Shown: piece after piece, positions 50,849 to 61,008 of the stretch
Layout: every line of letters starts with the position of its first letter
Numbering within the stretch: position 1 is the first letter of the stretch
From: Microthyrium microscopicum
Taxonomy: Eukaryota
Direction of reading: 5' to 3'
Assembly (NCBI GenBank): GCA_010405405.1
Contig: MU004239.1
Location: 1,566,722 to 1,630,721, forward strand
DNA length: 64,000 nt
Program-made: the position numbers and the translations under genes
The notes under the pieces: generated by a model
The model's input: the letters and a program-made list of their open reading frames with translations, nothing else
Told to the model about the DNA's origin: nothing
The model's database searches: none

Positions 50849-52978
50849 CTATAGCTTCTCTATCTGATGCAGGGGCCATTGGTAGCTTGATATCGGAGTC
50901 AGCTCGGTATCGAATTTTGGAGAAGAAACCATGGCGAGCGCCAGGTGCACTGGGAACGTACTGCACAGAAGTTAGTCAGGATCAACATATTATAACTGTT
51001 CGAGTTAAAATTGATACCGGGGAACAATTTGCTAAAATGGATGGAAATGAATTGCTGGAATGGCAAGAACTTACCTTTGCGTTTTCAATGAACTTGTAGC
51101 CGAAGGATTCGGTGAATTGATCAAGGATCTTAGGGCCGCGAGATCCTGGAAGAGAAAGCAGTTAGCATATTCCTACGATAAAGTACTCGCCCTTCAAAAA
51201 GTTTTACCATAGGGGTACTCCATTGGAACCACTTCTTCGTGTTCGTCTAGGTAGTGAAGCAGTGGCGTAAAGATCTTCCAAGAAGCATCAAGCTCGTCGT
51301 CACGGACAAAGTTGCTGTGATCGCCCTTGATTGCATCGAGGATCAGGGATTCATAAGCCTCGGGGATCTTGAGATCCGAGAAGCGACGGCGATATGTGAG
51401 ATCCAGCTCAGTGACGATTGTTTGCATAGTAAGACCAGGCAGTTTGCTGTTCATTTTGATGTAGACAGACTCGTTGGGCTGCACTCGAATGACCAGTTCG
51501 TTCCGTGGAATGTCCTTAAAGATTCCGGAGGTAACGTCTTTGAATTGGATTCGAATCTCGGTCTTTTGCTCATTCAAAGCCTTGCCAGCCTTGAAGATAA
51601 AGGGAACACCTTCCCATCGCTCGTTCTTGATGTAAGCAGTGACAGCGGCGAAAGTTGGGCAGCGAGATCCCTTGGGAACAGTGTCATCATCCTTATAAGC
51701 TGGCTTGGAGCCGTCCACAGATTTCCCATACTGGCCAATGATGGTATTGCCTGGTTCAATCGGTGGCATACATCTCAGCACGCGGACCTTCTCGTCTCGA
51801 ATGTCTTCGGCGGAGAAGGAGATGGGACGTTCCATGGTGAGAAGTGTGAGGACCTGCAACAAATCTAGAAAGCGTTAGACATGTCACAAAGTTCATCGTA
51901 AGGCTCCTACGGTTTTGCATGACATCACGGATGATGCCAAACTCGTCAAAGTATCCGCCACGACCCTCAGTGCCAAATGGCTCCTTGAAGACGATTTGCA
52001 CATTGTCAATGTGTTGACGATTCCAAGTCGCATTGAAAAAAGTGTTTCCAAATCGAAGGATGAGCAAATTCTTGACCATCTCTTTGCCCAAGTAATGGTC
52101 AATACGGAAAATCTCTTGTTCGTCCCAGTCAGGGCCAAGGGCGGCTTGTAGTTCGCGAGAACCTCCCAGATCCTTTCCGAAAGGCTTCTCGACCTGAATT
52201 CATCAGTTAGAGTATCCAAGACAGCATTGTAGCTCTCAACGTACTATGATACGCGCGATTCCTTTCTTTGGATAGCAATTGCGCTTTAAATGTTGGCTGA
52301 CGGGGATGAAAACGGATGGAGGAAGTGCCATGTAGAAGACTCGGTTTGTCTCCTCGCGGCCGCCCTCTAACTCCTCGAGATGTTTGAGTAGATTCTGGAA
52401 AGAATCGTCTTGGTCATATTGGCCAGCAATGTAGGTGCAAAGCTCTAGGAAATCGTCCAATTGATGTTCCATCTCAGGAGTAGGTGTCTTGATGTTGGAC
52501 TTGACCCGCTTGAGGTATTCCTCGTGGTCCATTTTGGTTCGCGCATATCCCACAATCTTGACATCCTTGGGTAGGAAGTGATTTCTGAACTATTGGCCTG
52601 TCAGTATATACGTCATATCGCAAGGGTTGCTCATTGGTAATCGGTGGCAGTAGATATGGCTGAATGGGCATACCAATCCGAAAAGAGCTGGGAACTATCA
52701 AAATGTTAGCGTAATCACAGGTTGTGGATATAATTGGCAATGAGCGTACCGTCTTCTTCTTTGCAAGATCACCCGAGGCGCCAAGTACGACAATGATTGT
52801 GTTCTCGGTAAGCTCGATGTTGCTGGAGAGCAATTAGCAGAGAATATCAAAAGGCGGATGAGTGCGTTGTTGCCGGCGGATATCCGCGGAGACATTTGGG
52901 ATAGAAGTATAGAGGTAGAACATACCCGGCATGAGGCTCGTCGGCGGGCATGACGATGGTGCTTCCTTGGGGAGGCAT
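50849..52978 (-). CDS. ZWF1: Glucose-6-phosphate 1-dehydrogenase, 8 exons, 512 aa; the last intervening sequence is a nested stwintron
   Basis: Exons 52978-52926, 52822-52750, 52694-52674, 52589-52245, 52193-51911, 51864-51208, 51145-51076, 50885-50849. Motifs [48 protein letters not shown]; ends ..[13 protein letters not shown]. The 3' exon assignment depends on the stwintron interpretation. Confidence 0.95.
50886..51075 (-). other. [D1,2] spliceosomal twin intron (stwintron) in G6PD
   Basis: Minus strand reads ..GCA AA G[GTAAGT..GACTAAC..TGCAG]TACGT..GCTGAC..AAG|C TAC CAA TGG. Inner intron 51074-50961 (114 nt); outer intron is G51075 plus 50960-50886 (76 nt). Confidence 0.8.
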
Positions 52979-54148
52979 TGTGGGATCTTGAGGATGGTCA
53001 AGGGGATGAAGAATGTCAATTGAAAGATGTTGAGGTAGAGGGAGAAAAGAAGTGGGAGAAAGATTGAGCAAGAGGGAGGAAGATGTCAGGGAGGTACGGA
53101 GATGCTAGCTCTGGCAGTTGCAGGTGCAGGATGCCAATGATTTAATCGATGACAAGACTGCAGTTGCAGGCACAATAATGCGGCGGATCCAATGGAAGGC
53201 CTGATTAGTGTACAATTGATATGCCGGGAGAGACGGGTACAGACGACTAAACACAGGCTGGTTCTGGGGCGGACTGTGGTCAGACTTTGGTGTTTGCAAG
53301 CAGAGACAGGGCGGTACCAGCTATCTTCTCTGGAGCTTGTAAGCTATCACAGCTATCACAGCTATGGTGTTTCAATCGTAAGCAATGAGGGGCAAGAAAG
53401 CCTCAATTTAGGTGGGGGATCTGAGGTACGTCAGGGCTCAAGTTGCTCTTGTTTCGAGAGATGATTCAGGTACTCGACTTTTGTTTCTTCTTCAATCAAC
53501 TGAAACTGATCTGCTCCAATTTTTAGCTATTTTCCCTCTCATACTCGACACAGTATTGTAGAACTTGCCTTCTTTTCGCCGAAATGAGATCACGATGATT
53601 GCCGTACGCCTTGAATCTTGATTGATGGTGTCGTGAACGATGCAATTGATGCCAGCAGTACATCATCATCACTAAGCTTTATACTGTGCTTACTACTAGT
53701 ACTATAAGGGTAACTATTTACTGTCACTACTTCAACCACTTCCATATTTGACTCTGGATGGTGACCGGTCAATGGAAACCTGCGTCTTGGACGCCGTGTT
53801 GGTGACCGGTCTAGGTATTTCGAGTAGTACTCTGGAGTATGAAGTGACGGATAAATATGGACATAACCGCTACTCGATCCTCCTGACGTTTTCATGTTTC
53901 TTGGAATATTTATTGTTCCAACCGAAAATAGAAAAGGTCACAAAGACTCTTTCTCCCACCATTGGCCTTGAAATACCCAGAGTGACCGGTTTAGTTTTTG
54001 GACTTTGAACCAGCTTCATTTGATTCTATTGTTCTCTGAGTGAACTCCAAGTCTGAAGCAGACGCACTCAGTTTTTCCGAGACATTGCGCTTTTCTTGGA
54101 CGTGGTTTCTTAAGTTTTGGTCCGGATTCAATCAGCATAGCCTTCGAA

Positions 54149-54973
54149 ATGCCGCCTATGGGTGAAGTTGTATATTCCCAAGATGCAACAATTGCTGTCA
54201 TTCGCGACTACTACGACTTTCTCACCAAATTGTATCTTCATGTAGAAGAAATTATCCAGCCACCAGAAGAAGGCTGGCCATCAATCACACCCGAGAGTTT
54301 AAAAAGTCTAGGCAAGACAGAGAATGTGGTTTCCCTGCTTCAACATCTACCTTATATCCGCGAGCACGATGAATGCGGAAACAAAGCCGACGGTACTCCA
54401 TGGACCTACTTCGCTGACTGGCAACACGAAGCCCAGATGCTAGCCCATGATAGTACTTTTGCGGAAAGACCAATAATCGTCTTCGAACTTTCACCACCCA
54501 TTGATGTACCAAGCCATGTGATCAGTCTCACCATTGGAGGACGCAATAGATGGCGCTTTCTACTAGATACAGAACTTGGTGTCATATACTGGATTGGCTG
54601 CCCCGAAGAGCTCAAACATGATTCTCGCCACAAGAAAGTTAAGAATGAAGCGAAGGAATTAGACTGGCGTGCAGGAGCGGGTATATGGGCTATCACGGAG
54701 TTCTTTGACCTCTTGAAGGACCAATACATAAAGTTGAACTTCTGGCCATACGATTCGCAGTATGTATACGATATTTGGGGTCATCATAAAGATGGAGTAG
54801 CTTCTCTGGTACGAGATATATATTCTGACCATGAATGGCCTGATTTGACGCAGTATCGCAAGGAGGAATGCTTAGAGGCTTTAGGAGCAGCACTAGAGGA
54901 GCATTTCCCTCTTCAGTATGGCCTTAGAGATGAAGGTGATCCTCTGAATCATTGGGGAATGAACAGTGTATAG
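54149..54973 (+). CDS. Hypothetical protein of unknown function, 274 aa
   Basis: Long single-exon ATG-initiated ORF with globular composition (YSQDATIAVIRDYYDFLTKLY..PPEEGWPSIT..LLQHLPYI..IYSDHEWPD), resembling ascomycete-specific hypothetical proteins. Confidence 0.75.
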   Translation: MPPMGEVVYSQDATIAVIRDYYDFLTKLYLHVEEIIQPPEEGWPSITPESLKSLGKTENVVSLLQHLPYIREHDECGNKADGTPWTYFADWQHEAQMLAHDSTFAERPIIVFELSPPIDVPSHVISLTIGGRNRWRFLLDTELGVIYWIGCPEELKHDSRHKKVKNEAKELDWRAGAGIWAITEFFDLLKDQYIKLNFWPYDSQYVYDIWGHHKDGVASLVRDIYSDHEWPDLTQYRKEECLEALGAALEEHFPLQYGLRDEGDPLNHWGMNSV

Positions 54974-55611
54974 AAGTCTATCAAGCGAGACACGGCGACC
55001 ATAAATCCAGTATTATCCCTAGTTTGATCTTTATCCAACAGCGTTGGATTTCGCTTTCGGGTGAAGAATGAACCTGCCTTTATAAGGGAATCCTGTTATC
55101 CCTTGACTTGTAGAGTTCAATATACATCTGAAGTAGATCCATCGGTTTCGACTACGAGTTGATTGTAAGGAATTCAAGCCCCGTCAAGTTAGTGTACATC
55201 AACTTGGAGGAGGAATAACTCATCTATAAAGTTTCTTTGCTTCAGTTTCACTTATTATCAGCCTTCTGTATTTGTTTAGACAGCCCTTGAAGTTGCTCAG
55301 ACACAGGATTCGTAACAATTAGTGGACGGATTCGAAGGATCCAAAAGACATTTTCTCATTGGTGAATTAATCTACAAGCAGTCTATTTCATCCAATGCTT
55401 GACGGCCTACCTTGTATGTATCTGTGTCACATTTGCCAAAAGGCTGAAAATAGATAGCCTTGTCATAATTTTGGCCCCCTTCTCACCTACGGACATGTGG
55501 AAAGACTTCAATCATCATAATGAATCATCTTTCCTAACTTGAGTGTAGACATGTCCAGAATCACTCTCCACACTCTCCACACGCACTTGCATCTCCCATG
55601 ACTAGCCCGCG

Positions 55612-56331
55612 ATGAAGATCATTTCATTCTTGGCTGCCACAGTAGCAGCCAATTCACTATTAGAAGTCCCACCATCAGACATATCACCCCAAGAAATGTC
55701 CCAACTCGTTCCCAGCCGTACACTTAACAAGGCCTTCCCAACAACAGACCATCCAGACTGCTCAACTCCAGACTACCAAAAACTATTCAGCATTCCCAAA
55801 CCGACTGGCCAGCTGAATGAAGCGCTGGAATCTTACGGCTCCTCATTACTCAAGCCTTGTACACTTACCGGCGTTGAACGGACTCTATGCCCCTTTCCAC
55901 CAAAGACAGCCTGGTGCGCCTTTCCAACTGCCGCACCCGCTGCGGTGCTGCCCGCCTGGTCTTCTTACGGCAGCGAGGCCTCTGCGTTTTGGGCGTCAAG
56001 GGGCTCCACTATGCTTGTGCTGGCTAGGACGTGTCCGGAGCATTGGTATAACGCGCTCTATGGGGACCTGGGTAATCCGATTCGGCTTAATAATACTATC
56101 GTTCAGGCTGAGTGCTATGCTGATGCGCATGCTACCGGAGCGACTACGACTGCATCTTCGACGATGGGAGCATCATCGAGTAGAGCGACTGTTCGCGCTG
56201 GAGCGAGTGATGGTGGGCCGACGGTGACTCCTACTAGTACTACTAAGAGTGGCTCTGGTCGGTCTCGAGGGATAAATGGGGCCTTGGGAGGTACTGGACT
56301 GGTTGTAGCTGTTATTCATTGGATGTGGTGA
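55612..56331 (+). CDS. Putative GPI-anchored secreted / cell-wall protein, 239 aa
   Basis: N-terminal signal peptide, a six-Cys domain, a Ser/Thr-rich stalk, a small-residue omega region (KSGSGRS) and a hydrophobic C-terminus (GALGGTGLVVAVIHWMW). Confidence 0.8.
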   Translation: MKIISFLAATVAANSLLEVPPSDISPQEMSQLVPSRTLNKAFPTTDHPDCSTPDYQKLFSIPKPTGQLNEALESYGSSLLKPCTLTGVERTLCPFPPKTAWCAFPTAAPAAVLPAWSSYGSEASAFWASRGSTMLVLARTCPEHWYNALYGDLGNPIRLNNTIVQAECYADAHATGATTTASSTMGASSSRATVRAGASDGGPTVTPTSTTKSGSGRSRGINGALGGTGLVVAVIHWMW

Positions 56332-56901
56332 ATGTGGTACGACTAAATGGTTTAATAAATGGCGTGTCAGTGTTTGGAAGCAATCATGTACCGGCGCTTT
56401 TCGCGCTTTCTTTTTCAATCCCCTTTTCCGTCGGGGACATGAGCAGCCTGGCGGGAGATAATGGAAGCATCTACCTTTTGAGATCATAAGCATTGTTTTT
56501 GGCTTGGGTACGGAGGAGGAAAAGGATTTTGAGGCTCTGCTCTACAGCAACATTAGAGTGTTGTAAACAGCCGTGGCACGTGATTCGCTGCATGAACATC
56601 ATTATTTAAACATCAAGTTGTCTTCTGCGCTACTGTCTTAAGGATATATCTTGCAAACATACCTTGACATGCCTAGGGGCTTATGACAACCAGTGGTCGA
56701 TACCTAGGCCGATGCATCACAACAGCCGAGCGCTCAAATGACACTCAGCTCCCGCTGCCTACCGCTTTCACAGCAGTGGACCCGCGATGACAGGCGCATC
56801 AGGTTAGTTCTCGTGCTGCTATTGCCAGTTCGGACGAGCTTCTGCTTAGTATTTAGGAAGCTAACAGTCTGCGAAGCATTGATCTTTAAACACCCCGAGC
56901 C

Positions 56902-57261
56902 ATGCGCATTCCTCGGAACCTTCTGACATCGCGATTCCTTGAATTGTCCCTCGCGATCTTCCTCATCACCAACGCGCTGGAAGTGTTTCATGTCCATAAA
57001 TTGTCTGTCCATCGGTCACCACACCCGCGTCTTCGAGTCAGTCTTTACGCAAAGACAGGAGGATATACATCGCGAGCATACACTGGAATAACGAGATCCT
57101 TCAGGAACATTGGAATAGGCTGTGATTGACTTGACCAGGGTCATTGGCGCCGACAATGTCTTTGTCAGTGTTTATGAGAGTGGCAGTTGGGACGATTCGA
57201 AAGGAGCGCTGAGAGTGCTAGACCATGATCTGGATCTTTCCATGGATGGACGCATGTTTAG
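56902..57261 (+). pseudogene. CAP59-like (GT69) alpha-1,3-mannosyltransferase pseudogene, frameshifted and internally deleted
   Basis: A membrane-anchor N-terminus from ATG 56902, then in a different frame RIYIASIHWNNEILQEHWN (~57060-57117), then after another shift AVIDLTRVIGADNVFVSVYESGSWDDSKGALRVLDHDL, immediately followed by HGWTHV* (57241-57261). Only ~120 codons remain. Confidence 0.8.
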
Positions 57262-58240
57262 AAGTTTGCCAGGAGTCGCTCTTCTTGCCCCCGGAACATC
57301 GGGATGAGCGCTAATGAGATGGGAGTCCTGACATCCAGACTTCAGCACAACTTATACCCCATTGCGCATTTCTAGAGCCTGAGAATGCGACAATGGAAAC
57401 GAATCGGCTCAACACATCAAATGACACTGGCCACTTTGCTTACCAATGGTTTGGCTAGAATCAACTACAATCTCACCATAGTAGGCACGCAAATCGACGG
57501 GCGGGAGCAGGACCTGTGAGTAGATTCCGGCAGCTTCATTCCCTTGAGCGTTCAATCTATAGTGTCACTGGCGCACAGAAAGCTAGCGTAATGCAGTTCA
57601 AGTTGCTTGCCTATTCTGTGGGTTATGCATGCTCAAAATTAAGTTTATCGCCGATACTAGTCATGGTAGTGTTGATTGCATACTCGGCTTTGGCACTGAA
57701 CCATATCTTGTACTCGCTATTGACTGGATGGACCAGTGGATCTTGAGGCAGATCGACTGAAGTTGTTGCATTAGCAATGAACTCCACGGTGACAAGACGG
57801 CTACGAAATACAGATGCCGGCATAGACGCTGTGCAGGCATATGTCGAAAAGGTGAAGATTATTGAATACGAAGGGGTATTGCATATCAGGTTTGACGACA
57901 CGGACGGTGGAAACGAACTCAAAGAAGGTGAACCATAAGGCTGAATCATAACATCACCTTCAAGCAAGGCCGACCTCTGTTTTCGATACCTATGCTGTTC
58001 ACTACTTATAGTCAACATCATTTTCCTCATGAATGCTAATAGCTGGCCCGCGGCCAATTAATCGGCACTGTTTCCAAAGTCCAAGGACCCGTAACTGGGG
58101 TTCTTTGCATTATTTGGTCTAGGATCTACTGTCTTGAAAGTCATTCCAGTGATGGTCGAGGATGTTTCCTCCATCAAATCCTTCTCCTACCGTTCTCAAC
58201 TCTCCATCTCAAGGAGAGTTGCACAAACCTTATTTCAGTA

Positions 58241-58548
58241 CCGTTTTTACCCTCTGAGTTCGAACACGGTAGCGCCGGATTTTAACGTAATTTCTGCATT
58301 TCAGCCGGGTCTAACGGGGGTAAAAGGGGTTCTCTAGAGGTACACAGGCCACATTACATAAGGAAATGTGGATTACTTACCGTCTTTACTACTTCAAAAT
58401 ACCTTGCAAAAGACCACTGAAGGGCCCTAAAATAAGCCTCAATAGCGGGTAAGCTGCAGCCACCGGCAGGGGCGACGCCCGCTAAATTTAGTGGCGCCAC
58501 GACCCAAATAGGCACGCTACCGTGTTCGAACTCAGAGGGTAAAAACGG
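58241..58548. mobile_element. MITE (308 bp) of the Tc1/mariner-pogo type
   Basis: Perfect 34-bp TIRs CCGTTTTTACCCTCTGAGTTCGAACACGGTAGCG (58241-58274 and 58515-58548), TA on both sides (58239-40, 58549-50), no coding capacity. Confidence 0.9.
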
Positions 58549-59016
58549 TAGTGCCTTCAGAAGTTTGGCGATATCGCCAATACATACGGCGCACTGTTGT
58601 GGGGTACAAACTCTTCAAGTCACCCTCCAGACTTTGAATCTAAATCGGGTCCTGGTCAGGGGAGCCACCTGCATACGGTATAAAGATGGTTAAGCATCAG
58701 CGCCACAAAGCTTCTGGCCATCCAACCTGCATCTTGATTTGACGCCACACGCCTGCTGTTGCAGCTCTCAACCAACGACCGAGTGAAGAGGCACGGCAGG
58801 CTATATCCAAAAGGAATAATTAGCGACTGTGGCGCTCCGTATATGATACCGAAAGGGACAATATTGGAATTTAAAGCGGTCGAAGGAACGGTACAGTTGC
58901 GGCTACTCGCTCGCACCGATTAATCTTGTTCTTGACTTGTGGAGTCATCTTATAATCACAAATTCAATACCCAGAGACCATACCTATCACGCCATTTAGA
59001 GTTATAGACGAACGCT

Positions 59017-60437
59017 ATGAATTCTACGGAGGGTAGCAAAACGGTGCATGCAACTGTACAGCCAATTGCACCTCAAGCTGGTGAAGCAATTACAACGAGA
59101 GCCGCAACAGAAAATGCCCATCCCCTGCGAACTAATCGTGCCATCACAGCTGTCCGTGGTGCTCAAATCATATTGACCATCGCAGCTCTTGGTGTTAGTG
59201 GAGGTGACATTAGTAGTTGGAAGTCCAATGAGTGTAATGCTCCTGCAAAACTTGACTACAACATTGCCGTGGTAGGTCATTTCTTCTCCATCTCCGCGAC
59301 GAGACACTAACTTTGTCAGGCGGCCATATCGCTTCCAGCGCTGATATATCTGTTGCTTAATAGCGGAAAGCTCGGCGCCAAATTTCATTCTCTACCATGG
59401 CATCCATTTGCCCAAGCCGGTATGGACTTCGTGCTTCCAATTCTCTGGATCGCTGCAGCAGCTTTGTGGTCCACAGATTTTACTTGCGATCAACTTTGCG
59501 GACTTTGTAAGCAGTTTGGTTTTGATAACGGTGGCAGCGATGGATTCTACCTTCCATCTGCTATTGACCCATATGAAAGCTGTGTCTGTTTTTGGACTCT
59601 GAACTCCAAACGCGGCCTTGATAGCGGCAATCATCTCACGTCGCGAGCTGTCCATGTGCCATCCCATTCAGGTTCTTCAGCCAAAAGTGCAAAAAAGGCA
59701 GGAAAGGCTGCATCTAAACTCGGGATTGACTGGATCATGGTGTAATATCTCACATTGTACTACTACGTAGCAACTCCCGCTAACAATGACCTAGTATCGT
59801 ATCAGCTATCGCCCTGGGATTGACCATTCTAAACATCATCAAAGCCCGTAAAGCCCAGCAAACACAACCAGCGATTCAGATGGAACCAAAAACCGAGGCG
59901 CAGCCCGTTGCCCAAGGTGGCCAACAACAACCCAACCACGGTCAATATGGCTCACCTGACGGCGCACCACCAGGATATCAGAGCCCAGCACCAGCATACT
60001 ATCCTGCGCCTCAAGAGCAGTATATGCAACCCAATGGCTCACAAATGCCGCAACCAGCCATGTCACCACCTCCACAGCAATTCGTAGGATATCCTCAACC
60101 AACTATGTCTCCACCGCCACATCAGATGGCAGGATACCCTCAATCAAGTACTTCTCCTCATCCACAGCAGATCGCAGGATACCCTCAACCAACTACTTCT
60201 CCGCCTCCACAACAGATTTCAGGATACCCTGAACCAACCACCTCTCCACCTCCTCAACAGATGGCGGGCTTCGTACCACAGCCAATGGGTAGTTCCCCAC
60301 AGGCGATGCCATACCAAAGCCAGCCAGATGTCTCTGGATATGCATATCCTAATAATGCTGTGCCTCAACAGCATATGCAAATGCCGCACCAAGGTGTTCC
60401 CATACAGCAACCAGTGTCTCAGCACCAAACACAATAG
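59017..60437 (+). CDS. MARVEL-like four-transmembrane protein with a Pro/Gln/Tyr-rich repetitive tail, 3 exons, 439 aa
   Basis: Exons 59017-59271, 59320-59741, 59795-60437 join in frame. Four hydrophobic segments (AVRGAQIILTIAALGV; NIAVAAISLPALIYLLL; MDFVLPILWIAAAAL; IDWIMVIVSAIALGLTIL) with a Cys-containing loop. Confidence 0.78.
60060..60284 (+). repeat. Coding minisatellite, 5 x 45 bp (15-aa unit [MT]SPPPQQxxGYPQPT)
   Basis: MSPPPQQFVGYPQPT / MSPPPHQMAGYPQSS / TSPHPQQIAGYPQPT / TSPPPQQISGYPEPT / TSPPPQQMAGFVPQP. Confidence 0.85.
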
Positions 60438-61008
60438 GCAACATATCTAAGTACGGTCATACGTTGTTTCTATTCCTTCATGTCTGCAGGCCAATGCTTT
60501 GTGAATATGGTAATACACAAATTCTCGCGAGAAGAGTCTGGTTTGTCCAAGTCTGGTTTGATAAAACTATTGTAACTACTAATGAATACAGACATTGCAT
60601 TGTCTGAAACGCTTGCACATAAATTCAAGACATGTGTAGCGTCACTACCAAGCCCATCATCGCTCAATCTTCACTGATGCTCAGGTCCAAGTCTGTTCTA
60701 AGGTACTTATTCGCCCACAGAAGCGTAACAAACCGGATTTTTCTGGCGCCCGACATATTATAATCTATGTCCCTAGCCATCTTGAAGCTCTACCAAGTCA
60801 TCTACCTTACGCGGTCAACGATAGGTCTGAGCTTGTGCTCATCTAAGTTTTCGAAAACTCATTGAACGAATCCAGGACTCTACCCCCGCTTCTAAGATCT
60901 AATTAGACACTGCTGCAACAGGGCCTCAGACTCAGTCAAGATACCAAGTCACAATGATTATTACGATACTTTTTAATACGCTAAATTACAACTACAACTA
61001 CAACTCTA

